Of a stretch of 64,000 bases of DNA, positions 30,164 through 40,781 are shown piece by piece. A program made the position numbers and the translations under genes. Below the pieces are notes generated by a model. It did not search any database. It was given only the letters and a program-made list of their open reading frames with translations, and was not told where the DNA came from. The DNA lies in NCBI GenBank assembly GCA_003567205.1, contig PXAA01000123.1, positions 9,242 to 73,241 of the forward strand, given 5' to 3'. The stretch's first letter is position 1, and the number at the start of each line of letters is the position of its first letter. Source of the stretch: Bacteroidales bacterium. Its GTDB lineage: Bacteria; Bacteroidota; Bacteroidia; Bacteroidales; UBA7960.

Positions 30164-30628
30164 ATGAAAACACCAGGCATTTTATTGATTCTTCTGCTGG
30201 TTTGCCTGCAGGAAGGTGATGATATCACACTGGAGGTTTTTCGCAATGGCCAGGCCATGGAATTAAAAGGCAAAGCGAGTGGTTTTATGAATGGACGCCA
30301 CTATACCTTCTGGCAGGAACTACAGGATACCCGGCTTTTTGCCGCCTGGAGCCAGACCAGGTCCCACGTCCTGTCAATGCATGGGAAAGGCGAATACGTG
30401 GCCTTCAATCCCTATGAACACCAGCTCATTGCCGACATTGTAAATCACTACAATCCGGGAAAGGCCACCTTTATGCGTATACCTGATATCGACCATGCTT
30501 TTACCTATGTAGAAGATCTGGAGCACTCCATCTCCGTCCGCAACGACCGTGAATACCAACTCAACAATTTCCATCCCGGCATTGTGGACATTTTGTATGA
30601 ATGGATGGAAGAGCTTATTAAACAATAA
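30164..30628 (+). CDS. Hypothetical protein; looks like the tail of a PDZ plus alpha/beta-hydrolase protein
   Basis: [17 protein letters not shown] resembles a PDZ end. [11 protein letters not shown]...[10 protein letters not shown] resembles the C-terminal Asp/His region of a hydrolase. No nucleophile region is present. Confidence 0.3.
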   Translation: MKTPGILLILLLVCLQEGDDITLEVFRNGQAMELKGKASGFMNGRHYTFWQELQDTRLFAAWSQTRSHVLSMHGKGEYVAFNPYEHQLIADIVNHYNPGKATFMRIPDIDHAFTYVEDLEHSISVRNDREYQLNNFHPGIVDILYEWMEELIKQ

Positions 30629-30689
30629 CAGCCGGAATTGTTTCAACAATCTTCCTACCTTTGCCCTCTGTAACATAAATCAGACCCAT

Positions 30690-32444
30690 ATGCTCAGAAC
30701 ACATACCTGCGGAGAGCTCCGCATCAAGGACACCGGAAAAGAAGTTACACTCTGCGGCTGGTTGCAGCGTGCGCGTGATTTGGGCGGCATGACTTTTATC
30801 GACCTGCGCGACCGTTACGGCATCACCCAGCTGGCCTTCAATATGAATACCAATAAAACCCTATGCACACAAGCCCGGGAACTGGGGCGGGAATATGTTT
30901 TGCAGATCACAGGAAAGGTGACAGAACGCAGCAACAAGAACCCCAAAATGCTCACGGGCGACATTGAGATTATCGTGTCAGAAGTTAAAGTACTTAACAA
31001 AGCCCAGACCCCACCCTTTACCATCGAGGAAGACACCGATGGCGGGGACGAACTTCGCATGAAGTACCGTTACCTGGACATCCGTCGCGAGGTGGTGCGC
31101 CGCAACCTGGAGCTACGCCACAGGATGGCTTTGGAAACACGTAAATACCTCCACGATCAGCAATTCATCGAAGTGGAAACACCGGTATTGATCAAGTCAA
31201 CACCCGAAGGGGCCCGCGATTTTATGGTGCCGTCACGCATGCATGCAGGCCAGTTCTATGCACTGCCACAATCACCACAAACCTTTAAGCAGTTGCTTAT
31301 GGTGGGTGGCCTCGACCGTTACTTCCAGATCGTGAAATGTTTTCGCGACGAAGACCTGCGCGCCGATCGCCAGCCCGAATTTACCCAGATCGACTGCGAG
31401 ATGTCATTTGTAACGCGCGACGATGTGCTGGAAACCTTTGAGGGGCTTGCAAAACATCTTTTCAAGTCCGTGAAAGGTGTCGACCATGTTGAATTCAATC
31501 GCATAAGCTACCAGGATGCTATGAGATTTTACGGCACCGACAAGCCGGACACCCGGTTCGGGATGCGCTTCGAAGAGCTTAATGAACTGACCAAAGACAA
31601 AGGGTTTAAGGTATTCGACAACGCTGAACTTGTGGTGGGAATCTGTACCGAAGGTTGTGCAGAATACAGCCGCAAGCAGCTGGATGCCCTCACTGAATGG
31701 GTGCAGCGGCCACAGATCGGTGCCAAAGGCCTTGTATATGTGAAATACAATCCGGATGGCAGTTTTAAGTCGTCGGTAGATAAGTTTTTTAAACAGGAAC
31801 AGCTGAAATCGTGGGCTGATGTGTTTAGCGCCAGGCCCGGCGATCTTTTGCTGATCCTGGCCGGAGACACGGATGCCACACGCAAGGCATTGGGCGAATT
31901 GCGCCTGGAAATGGGCAGGCGCCTTGAATTGCGCGATCCCGATATGTATGCATGCCTGTGGGTCACAGACTTTCCCCTGCTGGAATGGGATGAAGAAACA
32001 CAACGCTTTTACGCCATGCATCACCCATTCACCTCCCCCATCAGGGAGGATATCCCGCTGCTGGACAAAGATCCGGGCAAGGTGCGCGCCAACGCCTATG
32101 ATATGGTGATCAATGGTGTGGAGATCGGCGGTGGTTCCATACGGATCTTTGACCGCCCCTTGCAGGAAAAAATGTTTGAAGTGCTTGGATTCACCCCCAA
32201 AGAAGCACAGAACCAGTTCGGCTTCCTGATGCAGGCCTTTCAGTTCGGCGCCCCGCCCCACGGCGGCGTTGCTTTCGGATTCGACCGCTGGTGTGCTCTG
32301 TTCGGCGGCTCCGAAACCATCCGCGACTACATCGCCTTCCCGAAAAATAACGCCGGCCGCGATGTGATGATCGACAGTCCCAGCCCCGTTGCCCCCGAAC
32401 AACTAAAGGAACTTCACCTGAAACTCATAACTCATAACTCATAA
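30690..32444 (+). CDS. aspS: Aspartate--tRNA ligase
   Basis: Reads [11 protein letters not shown] and shows the class II motifs FYALPQSPQ and [23 protein letters not shown], and GGGSIRI. The start is set at ATG 30690. Confidence 0.9.
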   Translation: MLRTHTCGELRIKDTGKEVTLCGWLQRARDLGGMTFIDLRDRYGITQLAFNMNTNKTLCTQARELGREYVLQITGKVTERSNKNPKMLTGDIEIIVSEVKVLNKAQTPPFTIEEDTDGGDELRMKYRYLDIRREVVRRNLELRHRMALETRKYLHDQQFIEVETPVLIKSTPEGARDFMVPSRMHAGQFYALPQSPQTFKQLLMVGGLDRYFQIVKCFRDEDLRADRQPEFTQIDCEMSFVTRDDVLETFEGLAKHLFKSVKGVDHVEFNRISYQDAMRFYGTDKPDTRFGMRFEELNELTKDKGFKVFDNAELVVGICTEGCAEYSRKQLDALTEWVQRPQIGAKGLVYVKYNPDGSFKSSVDKFFKQEQLKSWADVFSARPGDLLLILAGDTDATRKALGELRLEMGRRLELRDPDMYACLWVTDFPLLEWDEETQRFYAMHHPFTSPIREDIPLLDKDPGKVRANAYDMVINGVEIGGGSIRIFDRPLQEKMFEVLGFTPKEAQNQFGFLMQAFQFGAPPHGGVAFGFDRWCALFGGSETIRDYIAFPKNNAGRDVMIDSPSPVAPEQLKELHLKLITHNS

Positions 32445-32450
32445 CTCAAA
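32423..32450 (+). repeat. Four tandem 7-nt units ACTCATA ACTCATA ACTCATA ACTCAAA
   Basis: The array forms the aspS tail (LITHNS*) and runs into the A of the ABC-F ATG at 32450. Confidence 0.75.
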
Positions 32451-34396
32451 TGTTCTCCGTCAGCAAGCTGTCCGTCCAATTCTCCGGCGAAGTGCTTTTT
32501 GATGATGTTACATTTATCATTAACAAGCGCGACCGGATCGGGCTGGTGGGAAAGAATGGTGCCGGGAAAACCACATTGATGAAGATCATCACCGGACAAT
32601 TCCGGCCGGAAAACGGGACAGTGAGCATGCCATCGGGCAGCACAGTGGGATACCTGCCCCAGGAAATGCACTTTCACAGCCGGCAGCAGGTGCTGGAAGA
32701 AACCCTGAATGCATTTTTGGAAGTCAAAGCACTGGAGAAGCAAATCAGAAATCTCACCGAAGAAATTACCCAAAGATCAGACTATCAAAGCGCAGCCTAC
32801 AGGCAGATGACACAAAAACTGGCCGAAGCAAGCGAACGATACGAACTTATGGGGGGTAGTACCCAAAGGGCAAGGGCCGAAAAAGTGTTGCTGGGCCTGG
32901 GTTTTGAACGAAGTGATATGGAAAGGCCCCTGGCTGAGTTTAGTGGCGGCTGGCAAATGCGCGTGGAACTGGCCAAGTTGTTGTTGCAGAGCCCGGAACT
33001 TTTACTGCTCGACGAGCCTACCAACCACCTGGATATCGAATCCATCCAGTGGCTGGAAAACTTCCTGCTGGATTATCCCGGTGCAGTGATGCTGGTCTCA
33101 CACGACCGGACATTTTTGGATACCATCACCAGCCGCACCCTGGAGCTGAGCCTGGGCAACCTCTATGATTACAAGGCCTGTTATTCCGATTATGAATTGC
33201 TGCGCCAGGAACGAATGGAGCGCGAGATGGCAGCCTTCAATAACCAACAGCGCGAAATTGCTCATATTGAGCGTTTTATCAGCCGTTTCCGGGCAAAGGC
33301 CACCAAGGCGCGCCAGGTGCAGTCGAAAGTGAAATTGCTGCAAAAAATGGAGAAGGTCGAAGTGGACGAATTGGATAAAAGCGCCATCCATTTTCGCTTT
33401 CCGGAAGCCCCACCCTCGGGGAAAATAAGCCTGGAAGCCAAAAACATCAGCAAGCATTATGGCGAAAAAGAAGTGCTCGGGGCTTTGAATTTCATTATCG
33501 GACGGGGGGAGCGCATTGCTTTTGTGGGACGAAACGGAGAGGGGAAGACTACCCTTGCCCGCATCATCATTGGTGATCTTCAACACCAGGGTGTCATAAG
33601 GCTGGGTCACCAGGTAAAGATCGGATACTTCGCCCAGAATCAGTCGGAATATCTGGATGGCGGAAAAACCGTATACCAGACACTGGACGATGTGGCCGTC
33701 GGTGATGTACGCAAACATATACGCAGCATCTTGGGTGGATTCCTGTTCAGCGGCGACGATATCGAAAAAAGGGTCAAGGTGTTGTCGGGCGGTGAAAAAG
33801 CCCGCCTGGCCATCGCCAAATTACTGCTTGAACCTGTGAACCTGCTGGTACTTGACGAGCCCACCAATCATTTGGATATGCGTTCAAAAGACATCTTGAA
33901 GAATGCATTGTTGCAATTTGGCGGCACCATCATCGCAGTATCGCACGATCGTGACTTTTTGCAGGGGCTTACAGACAAGGTGTTTGAATTCAGAAATCAC
34001 CGTATCAGGGAGTTTTTCGGGGATATATACGACTTTATTGCCAGCCGGCGCATCGAATCCCTCAATGCCTTGGAAGCAGCGACAAACAAAATTAGTCCGG
34101 GCAGCGACAAAGCGTCGCCTGGTCGCCAATCATACGAACAGAAAAAAGATTATGAAAGGGAAGTCAGGCGACTGGAAAGAAGCATAAGCGATTGCGAGAC
34201 CAAAATCGAAACACTGGAAAAACAAGCCCGGGCCCTGGAGCAAATCATTGCCAATCCATCATTGGACCAGGGAAAGGTGGATAGCGGCCAGGTATTTGCC
34301 GAATACGAAGCCCTGAAAAAACAGATCCGTGAACAAGAATCTATTTGGGAAGAAGCCCACCTGAGGCTGGCAGAACTCAAACCAGAGGGGTTTTAA
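32450..34396 (+). CDS. ABC-F family ATPase (two ABC domains, no TM; translation-factor type)
   Basis: Has two Walker A motifs (GKNGAGKTT, GRNGEGKTT), two signature motifs (FSGGWQMR, LSGGEKAR) and a C-terminal coiled coil. Confidence 0.85.
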   Translation: MFSVSKLSVQFSGEVLFDDVTFIINKRDRIGLVGKNGAGKTTLMKIITGQFRPENGTVSMPSGSTVGYLPQEMHFHSRQQVLEETLNAFLEVKALEKQIRNLTEEITQRSDYQSAAYRQMTQKLAEASERYELMGGSTQRARAEKVLLGLGFERSDMERPLAEFSGGWQMRVELAKLLLQSPELLLLDEPTNHLDIESIQWLENFLLDYPGAVMLVSHDRTFLDTITSRTLELSLGNLYDYKACYSDYELLRQERMEREMAAFNNQQREIAHIERFISRFRAKATKARQVQSKVKLLQKMEKVEVDELDKSAIHFRFPEAPPSGKISLEAKNISKHYGEKEVLGALNFIIGRGERIAFVGRNGEGKTTLARIIIGDLQHQGVIRLGHQVKIGYFAQNQSEYLDGGKTVYQTLDDVAVGDVRKHIRSILGGFLFSGDDIEKRVKVLSGGEKARLAIAKLLLEPVNLLVLDEPTNHLDMRSKDILKNALLQFGGTIIAVSHDRDFLQGLTDKVFEFRNHRIREFFGDIYDFIASRRIESLNALEAATNKISPGSDKASPGRQSYEQKKDYEREVRRLERSISDCETKIETLEKQARALEQIIANPSLDQGKVDSGQVFAEYEALKKQIREQESIWEEAHLRLAELKPEGF

Positions 34397-36000
34397 ACGG
34401 CAAACTGCCTGACATAAAATTCCGGATTCAGTTCGCTGCCAGTTGCCTGGCGGATCATCTCCGACCAGTGATAACGTGCCCCAGGGGCAAAAACCTTTTC
34501 GCGGAAAAACTTCCCGATAACAGGTGACCCAACATATCCCCCGCCTTGCTGTTCCGGACGGACTGGCAGTTGTTTTTCTATACAGGCATAGAGCTGCGAA
34601 GCAAGCAATTCGCCCAGCAAATAATTATGGTAATAGCATGGCGCTGTAGCCACATGGATCTTGGAGGCCCAGTGCGGATAAGACAAATCATCGGGCGGGG
34701 CCAGCCCCTGGTATTTATTCACCAATGACCACCACAGTTGGTTCAGGTCCTGCCGGGGATCGGCGTACATGGATTGCTCAAAGCGATACATTACCTGTGC
34801 CCAGCGCGAAAACAGCAATTGCTCTGTTTGCATATTTTCTGTGGCCAGAGGGGTAATTACTGCGGCCTCCCCAGGTCTGATAATGCCCATGGCAGACATC
34901 CAGTGCGGATCAGAAGCCAGTCGGCCAAAAAACATGGCCACGGCTTCGGTGGTAAAAATATGGGCAGGTTCACGCAGTATAAAAGGTAAATCATTTGCGT
35001 AATATTTTTCATACACCGCATGTCCGTACTCATGCAACATGGTATTCATCCATTTCCTGTTTGGTTTTATGTTGCACAAAACCCGGACGTCACCACATCG
35101 GTCTATATGGATGCAGAAAGCATGCTGGTTTTTTCCGGGTTTTTCGAACAGGTCACTGTTTTTGATCAAATCGTCCACAGGCATCCCGATGCCTTCAAAA
35201 TACCTGGCAGTTAAAGTAACCAGGTCCTTGTCGGCATAATATTTATCGAGATCCAGTGTGTTTATCTTCGGGGCTTCCTGAAAAAACCTGTTCTGGTAAT
35301 GCCAGGGGCGCAGATCTGAAATATCTATACCGAATTTATCCGCCAGGAATTTGTCCACACGATCTTTAACCCTCCCGAAACCCTTGGCCGTCAATTTGTC
35401 CAATTGATCAAACAAGGCAATCACCTTTGCAGGGTCAAGCTCGCTTAATCGAAGGCTCATGTCGTGGTAGTCGGGATAACCGAGCAATCTGGCCGCCTGG
35501 TTACGCATCTCAACCAATCTGCGCACATCCGCCTCCACCAGTCCGCCCACCATTTTTGAAGCCTTCCAGGCCTTTTCCACTGCTGCCGGGTCGGTTGAAG
35601 TTTCCAAAATGTCCTCTACCTGGTTATCGGTAAGCCGGTGGCCATCCACCTCAGCACGGAAAAGGGAAAATTTATTGGCCACTTGCGTTTCAAGGTGTAT
35701 GATGGCTTCCTGGAGATCACCAGGAAGTTGGTGGGCTTTGTATATATGGTGCAGGATTTTTGCCTGGCGCTTGAGCAGTGCATCATCCAGGGCTCCGGGT
35801 TTCTGCAGTCCGTCCAGAAACCCATAACTGCCATCGGCTCTCAGAAACCGGGCATGGTCTATTTCTAGCCTGGCATACAGGTTATAGTATCTCTTTTTGC
35901 CCGTAACCGCCGCATTAAAATATGCCACATGTTTTTTCTTTTCCAGACGGGACACTGTATCCCTGTACTTATCAATAAAATCAAAGAATTTATTCTTCAT
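34393..36000 (-). CDS. M2-like (ACE / peptidyl-dipeptidase A-like) gluzincin metallopeptidase, no signal peptide
   Basis: Shows the HExxH motif in MLHEYGHAVY, a downstream TEAVA Glu ligand, and the ACE-like block LWWSLVNKYQGLAPP...ASKIHVATAPCYYHNY. Confidence 0.55.
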   Translation of the reverse strand: MKNKFFDFIDKYRDTVSRLEKKKHVAYFNAAVTGKKRYYNLYARLEIDHARFLRADGSYGFLDGLQKPGALDDALLKRQAKILHHIYKAHQLPGDLQEAIIHLETQVANKFSLFRAEVDGHRLTDNQVEDILETSTDPAAVEKAWKASKMVGGLVEADVRRLVEMRNQAARLLGYPDYHDMSLRLSELDPAKVIALFDQLDKLTAKGFGRVKDRVDKFLADKFGIDISDLRPWHYQNRFFQEAPKINTLDLDKYYADKDLVTLTARYFEGIGMPVDDLIKNSDLFEKPGKNQHAFCIHIDRCGDVRVLCNIKPNRKWMNTMLHEYGHAVYEKYYANDLPFILREPAHIFTTEAVAMFFGRLASDPHWMSAMGIIRPGEAAVITPLATENMQTEQLLFSRWAQVMYRFEQSMYADPRQDLNQLWWSLVNKYQGLAPPDDLSYPHWASKIHVATAPCYYHNYLLGELLASQLYACIEKQLPVRPEQQGGGYVGSPVIGKFFREKVFAPGARYHWSEMIRQATGSELNPEFYVRQFAV

Positions 36001-37549
36001 GGTCTTTCAAAAACAAAAAGTAATTATGAAAAAACACAAAAAAGGAAAGGCCTGCCTGGGTGTCGATGGTGTCTTCATTGAGCATAGATATCCATAATAT
36101 CACAAAAAAGGCAAGAAAAGGAAGGTGTCTGAAACGGTTGAGTTTCCTGGCCGGATATACCATAGCAAACAAGATCCATAGTGCACCGGGAATTCCGAAC
36201 AATACAGCAAAGGACAGGTATTGGTTATGCGGTTTCATCCAACGTTCAAACTGCAGTGAAGTGTTGATTTGTTCCAAACCGTATTGTGATGCCTCCCTGA
36301 TATCACCGGTGCCCCACCCCAGCAGGGGTTTTTTCTTGATGGCTTCCCATGCCGCTTTCCAGAATTCCAGCCGCTGGGCCAGGCTGTGCCCGGCAGAATC
36401 ACCCGTAAGCCGGTATTGCTGAATCTCCCACATGCTTTGATGAAGGCGTGTAACGACCCAAGGCCAGGTGGTATACCTGACATTGGCGATGCCCTTTTCG
36501 ATAGCCTGCAAATCCCTGTCGCTTAATTCTTTAAAATCACTGGCATCTTTACGTAAGCCCAATGAACTCATATACCTTAACAAGACATGCCTCACGGGTT
36601 CCCCCCGGTGGTTATAGCCATCATAATCAAGTTCACTGTAACGATTCCAGGCTTCCCTGAGCTCTTCCTCTGCCAGGTAAATGTATACCTGGTAACCGTT
36701 CTCCCGCAAGGGGTTATCCACGTTATGCGTATAGGGTGTATCCAGCGAGGAAAATTCTTCCAGTGCACCAGGACTGATCGCCTCCTTTTTTGTGACATTG
36801 CTCCACAACAAGGCCAACAGCAAACCGGCAGCGATCACAAAGAGTGAACCCGCCGCAATCAGAGCCGCCCGCCACGGATAAGGCATTGTCAGAACCTGTC
36901 TGACTGCCAGAACCATGATCACTGCCAGAAATACAGCTACACCCGATAAGGAATGCAGCAACACAAGATAAAACACGTGATAACCGGCCAGCCCGTATGA
37001 AAAAACCTGCCAAAACCGGTGGCCGCGAAAACCGCGACCGGCAAGATATAAGAGGGAAAATACCGATAAGGCCACCATCAGGCTCAAACGGATATGAGAC
37101 ACAAAGGGCGATAATTCGCGGTAGTCGATGAAATTCCCGGCAAAATATACATAGAGGCTAAAAAACGAAACCACCGTAATGGAGCCGGAAAAGGCCAGCA
37201 AAATCCAGCGCTTAAATCCTTTTGGAAGCGATCCGGAAGAAACCACCACGAGGGTGAGCAGAAATATGGGCAGGCGGGTACGCAGGGTGCTGACCCCGTA
37301 ATCCCAGTTGGATGAATAAAACAGCGCCACGATGTGCACAAGGTAAATGGAAGCGAATATCATGGCGGCTTTGTTGTCAAAAAACCGCCTGAATTTCTCC
37401 CCAAAACGACCTTCGATCAGCCAGTTTAAAAACAGGATAATCTGCGATACGCTCATCAAAAAAACCGAAGAAGGTAATCCGATGGCCAGGAGAGTCAGCC
37501 CTCCGAAATAAATCCATTGATGCATGTTTCGTCTGTATGTCACACTCAT
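35990..37549 (-). CDS. O-antigen ligase / Wzy_C-family polytopic membrane protein
   Basis: Has many TM segments and a periplasmic loop, and reads PHNQYLSFAVLFGIPGA. The start is probably ATG 37549 or 37525; 37660 would overlap the upstream gene by 95 nt. Confidence 0.6.
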   Translation of the reverse strand: MSVTYRRNMHQWIYFGGLTLLAIGLPSSVFLMSVSQIILFLNWLIEGRFGEKFRRFFDNKAAMIFASIYLVHIVALFYSSNWDYGVSTLRTRLPIFLLTLVVVSSGSLPKGFKRWILLAFSGSITVVSFFSLYVYFAGNFIDYRELSPFVSHIRLSLMVALSVFSLLYLAGRGFRGHRFWQVFSYGLAGYHVFYLVLLHSLSGVAVFLAVIMVLAVRQVLTMPYPWRAALIAAGSLFVIAAGLLLALLWSNVTKKEAISPGALEEFSSLDTPYTHNVDNPLRENGYQVYIYLAEEELREAWNRYSELDYDGYNHRGEPVRHVLLRYMSSLGLRKDASDFKELSDRDLQAIEKGIANVRYTTWPWVVTRLHQSMWEIQQYRLTGDSAGHSLAQRLEFWKAAWEAIKKKPLLGWGTGDIREASQYGLEQINTSLQFERWMKPHNQYLSFAVLFGIPGALWILFAMVYPARKLNRFRHLPFLAFFVILWISMLNEDTIDTQAGLSFFVFFHNYFLFLKDHEE

Positions 37550-37565
37550 CAGCAAAGCAATTGGT

Positions 37566-39233
37566 TCATTCAATGCCGGCCAGGATATTGCGGTAAAATG
37601 TTTGGTCAGCCAACAGTTCAAGGGCTTTTTCCACGTCTGGATCGGAAGCCAGTGAAACAATCACCCGTCCCTTCTGGTAATAATAGCGGGATACAATTTC
37701 CTCGCGCAATAATTGTTCAACCTCCTGACGAAAAGTAATCAGATCCTGTGCTTTTTCGTCCTGGATCATTTGCTGGAGCCGGTAATATTCTTCTTCTATG
37801 GCCGCAAAGTATTTATCACCGGTTGCAGCCTTTTTCAGGTCTTTCAAAACATTTTCACTATCTGTATCATAGGTGAAATCGTGTCCTGCAATAAACCCTA
37901 AAAAGTCCTCATACAAATCGTTGGTAATAAAAAATGATTCCGGCCCGGGAAGCGTATCATGCAGACGCTGAAATTTTGTAGCAAAGTCGAATATTTTAAA
38001 TTCCCCCGACAGTCCGCGGGCAACATTGCTCAATGCGGGCCTTGTAACACGGATGTCAGGATCGATGCCTCCCCCGTCATAAACCCTTCTTCCACCCCTG
38101 GTCTGGTGAGGCATTTTCAGCGAATCCGGAATTTCAGCCACGCTGCCGTCTGCCCGCCTTTCTGCATAGTTGATGGCCTGAATGCTACGCCCGCTGGGAA
38201 TAAAATACTCGGCAACGGTTACTTTGAGCTGGGTGTTATAACTCAACGGGACCACATTCTGCACCAACCCTTTGCCAAAAGTCCTGTTGCCAATGATTAC
38301 ACCCCTGTCAAAATCCTGGATGGCTCCGGCCACAATCTCTGATGCCGAAGCACTGCGACGGTTTACAATTACCACCAGGGATATATCTACATCTATGGGG
38401 TCATTCAGGGTCCGATGCGTGGTGCTTCGGTCTGGCAGACGCCCTTTGGTGCTTACAACCAGTTGATCCTTTTCAATAAAAAGGTTGGTAATGTTAACTG
38501 CCTCATGCAGCAATCCGCCACCATTGTCACGCAAATCCAGGATAAGGCTTTCGGGTTTGTTCTCTTCGTATAATTCCAGAAAGGCATTCCTGACCTCACG
38601 GCTGGCACGTTGGGTAAACCCCGATAGTTTGATATATGCGGTTCGTTCATTGAGCATTCCGTAATAAGGGATGTTGTCTATACGGACCACTTCGCGTTCC
38701 AGGCTTGTTGACCATAGCTCCCCATCCCGGTCGATCAGAAGGCTCAAAGTGGTTCCGGGTTGTCCCTGCAAAAGGGCCCTGACTTCATCTTCATCACGTC
38801 CCATGGTTGACTGGCCGTTGATCTCCAGGATGAGATCGCCTGGCAGCAGACCGGCTTTGAATGCAGAAAAACCCTCGTGTGGCTCCACGATCATGATGTG
38901 GTCACCCCGGGGCCTGATCACTGCACCAATACCGCCATACTGTCCTGTGGTCATAAAACGGACATCCTCAATTTCCGACTCTGTGATAAAGGTAGTGTAC
39001 GGATCAAGGGTTGACAACATGCCGTCAATTCCTGATTTCATCATTTCAGAAACATTGATTTCGTCTACATAATTCACCACAAGCTCCTTGAACATGCTTG
39101 AAAAAATATCGAGATTCTTGACGATCTCAAAATTTCTGCTGCCTGCACTTGTCAGCACGATGGCAGATGAAGTAAAGATCAGGATCAAAAAGACCCATCT
39201 GATCTTGGTAGAGATTTTTTTTATCTGGTTCAT
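37566..39233 (-). CDS. S41-family C-terminal processing (tail-specific) peptidase with PDZ domain
   Basis: Shows a PDZ sequence (AGLLPGDLILEINGQS) and the motifs LDLRDNGGG, SASASEI and GNRTFGKGLVQ. The start is set at ATG 39233 (MNQIKKIS...). Confidence 0.8.
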   Translation of the reverse strand: MNQIKKISTKIRWVFLILIFTSSAIVLTSAGSRNFEIVKNLDIFSSMFKELVVNYVDEINVSEMMKSGIDGMLSTLDPYTTFITESEIEDVRFMTTGQYGGIGAVIRPRGDHIMIVEPHEGFSAFKAGLLPGDLILEINGQSTMGRDEDEVRALLQGQPGTTLSLLIDRDGELWSTSLEREVVRIDNIPYYGMLNERTAYIKLSGFTQRASREVRNAFLELYEENKPESLILDLRDNGGGLLHEAVNITNLFIEKDQLVVSTKGRLPDRSTTHRTLNDPIDVDISLVVIVNRRSASASEIVAGAIQDFDRGVIIGNRTFGKGLVQNVVPLSYNTQLKVTVAEYFIPSGRSIQAINYAERRADGSVAEIPDSLKMPHQTRGGRRVYDGGGIDPDIRVTRPALSNVARGLSGEFKIFDFATKFQRLHDTLPGPESFFITNDLYEDFLGFIAGHDFTYDTDSENVLKDLKKAATGDKYFAAIEEEYYRLQQMIQDEKAQDLITFRQEVEQLLREEIVSRYYYQKGRVIVSLASDPDVEKALELLADQTFYRNILAGIE

Positions 39234-39255
39234 TTTTACGTAATATTTAATTCGT

Positions 39256-39498
39256 TTATGGGACCGGGTCATGGCCATTGCCTCCCCACGGATGGCATGA
39301 AGCAATGCGTTTGAGGCTCAGCCAGCCCCCTTTGAACGGGCCATGTTTCTTAATGGCATCCACACCATACTGCGAACAAGTGGGCGTGTACCGGCATGAC
39401 GGTGGGAAATAAGGTGATATGGCCCCCTGGTAAAAGCGTATCAGCCCTATGAACAACCATCCCAATGCGTATTTTATTCCATATAACAGGCCTTTCAC
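39256..39498 (-). CDS. yidD: Membrane protein insertion efficiency factor
   Basis: Reads [32 protein letters not shown] and is 80 aa long. It lies downstream of rnpA. Confidence 0.9.
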   Translation of the reverse strand: MKGLLYGIKYALGWLFIGLIRFYQGAISPYFPPSCRYTPTCSQYGVDAIKKHGPFKGGWLSLKRIASCHPWGGNGHDPVP

Positions 39499-39510
39499 GA
39501 ACTATCAATT

Positions 39511-39972
39511 TTAGGTCAAGGCATGCAGGCCATCCAGACCACCAGATTCTATCTCTTCCTGCAGCCTATGCAACGATTTCTGAAGGCTGCTTTCTATATC
39601 ATCAAAGCCCATTTCTTTGTCTGCCGCATATATCAGTGCGAACAGGCATCTGGCCTCCTTTTGTTCTAAAAACGAGTAAAACGGGCTTTTGTTTTTACGG
39701 TAGGCCTCTTTTACCAGCCGTTTGACACGATTCCGCCCAACCGCCTTTTTAATTCGCCGCCCGGATACACCGATGAGGCACTTGGCTGGATATGGGAATA
39801 AGCCGTTTTTCGGAAATACCTTCCGGTGCTGAAAGATCATCGGGATATCTTCGCGGGGCAGGCACAGATAAACGACACGGAACGGGTGCTGAAAAAAATG
39901 CCTGCCCTTTCTGAAAAGCAAACTACGCAGCCGGAAATTGCCCAACCGTTCGTTCTTTTTAAAAGTATACAT
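39511..39972 (-). CDS. rnpA: Ribonuclease P protein component
   Basis: Shows a basic N-terminus (FKKNERLGNFRLRSLLFRKG) and KAVGRNRVKRLVKEAYR, in rnpA-yidD synteny. Confidence 0.8.
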   Translation of the reverse strand: MYTFKKNERLGNFRLRSLLFRKGRHFFQHPFRVVYLCLPREDIPMIFQHRKVFPKNGLFPYPAKCLIGVSGRRIKKAVGRNRVKRLVKEAYRKNKSPFYSFLEQKEARCLFALIYAADKEMGFDDIESSLQKSLHRLQEEIESGGLDGLHALT

Positions 39973-40019
39973 AGCGTGCTATCCTCTGTGGGAATCGGAC
40001 AATAAAAAACCGGAAAATA

Positions 40020-40763
40020 TTATTTGCCCGGTTTTTCCATGAATTCCTTCATGGCCATCACCATAGACGGGGCCGTTTTGGTTGGTGCAATAATGTGTAT
40101 CTTCAAGCCATCCTTTTCGGCGGCTTTTTGCGTGGCTTTCCCGAATGTGGCAATGACGGTATCCCCTTGTTCATATTCCGGGAAATTCAACCGCAAGGCC
40201 TGAATGCCGAAAGGACTAAAGAAAACCAGCATCTGGTATTTGCCAATATCAACATCCGAAAGGTCTTCCGGAACAGATCGGTATATCGGTGCTGCAGAGA
40301 ACTGAATTTTCTGTTGCTTTAACAGTTGGGGGATCTCTTTCTTATGATTTTCGGCGCATGGAAACAGGAATTTCTCGTCCCTGTGCTTTTTGATTACATC
40401 CAAAAGGTCAAAAAAATGATTCTTACCAAAAAATATTTTGCGCTTCCTGAATTGTACATATTTCTGAAGGTACAAGGCGATGGCCTCAGAGGTACAAAAA
40501 TACTTCATCTGTTCGGAGATCTGCACACGCAGTTCCTCACACAAACTGAAGAAATGATCAATAGCGTTTTTTGAAGTAAAAATAATCGCCGTATGTTCAG
40601 GAATCTGAATGCGGTGCTTTCTGAATTCCCTGGCGCCAACGCTTTCTATTTTGATAAACTTCCGGAAGCAAACATTCAGGTTGTACTCATTGATCAGGTC
40701 GGCATAGGGCGATTTATCATTCTCCGGCGGTGGTTGCGATATTAAAACATGTTTAAATTTCAA
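40020..40763 (-). CDS. hemD: Uroporphyrinogen-III synthase (HEM4 family)
   Basis: Fits the Bacteroidota HemD pattern (ILISQPPPEN-like start, AIIFTSKNAIDHFF, two-lobed architecture) and shows the usual pairing with DUF4271. Confidence 0.7.
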   Translation of the reverse strand: MKFKHVLISQPPPENDKSPYADLINEYNLNVCFRKFIKIESVGAREFRKHRIQIPEHTAIIFTSKNAIDHFFSLCEELRVQISEQMKYFCTSEAIALYLQKYVQFRKRKIFFGKNHFFDLLDVIKKHRDEKFLFPCAENHKKEIPQLLKQQKIQFSAAPIYRSVPEDLSDVDIGKYQMLVFFSPFGIQALRLNFPEYEQGDTVIATFGKATQKAAEKDGLKIHIIAPTKTAPSMVMAMKEFMEKPGK

Positions 40764-40781
40764 AGTCCTTCTCCTCTAACT

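Noticed and set aside
31404-32402. A 332-aa minus-strand ORF inside aspS. Similar long antisense ORFs occur at 33098..33718 (inside ABC-F), 50062..50943 (inside TolC), 58247..59041 (inside GH13) and 45656..46135 (inside the radical SAM gene).
   Set aside because: Each lies fully within a confidently identified gene on the other strand. Their translations are Gly/His/Pro/Val-rich with no recognisable motifs, which is typical of stop-poor antisense frames.
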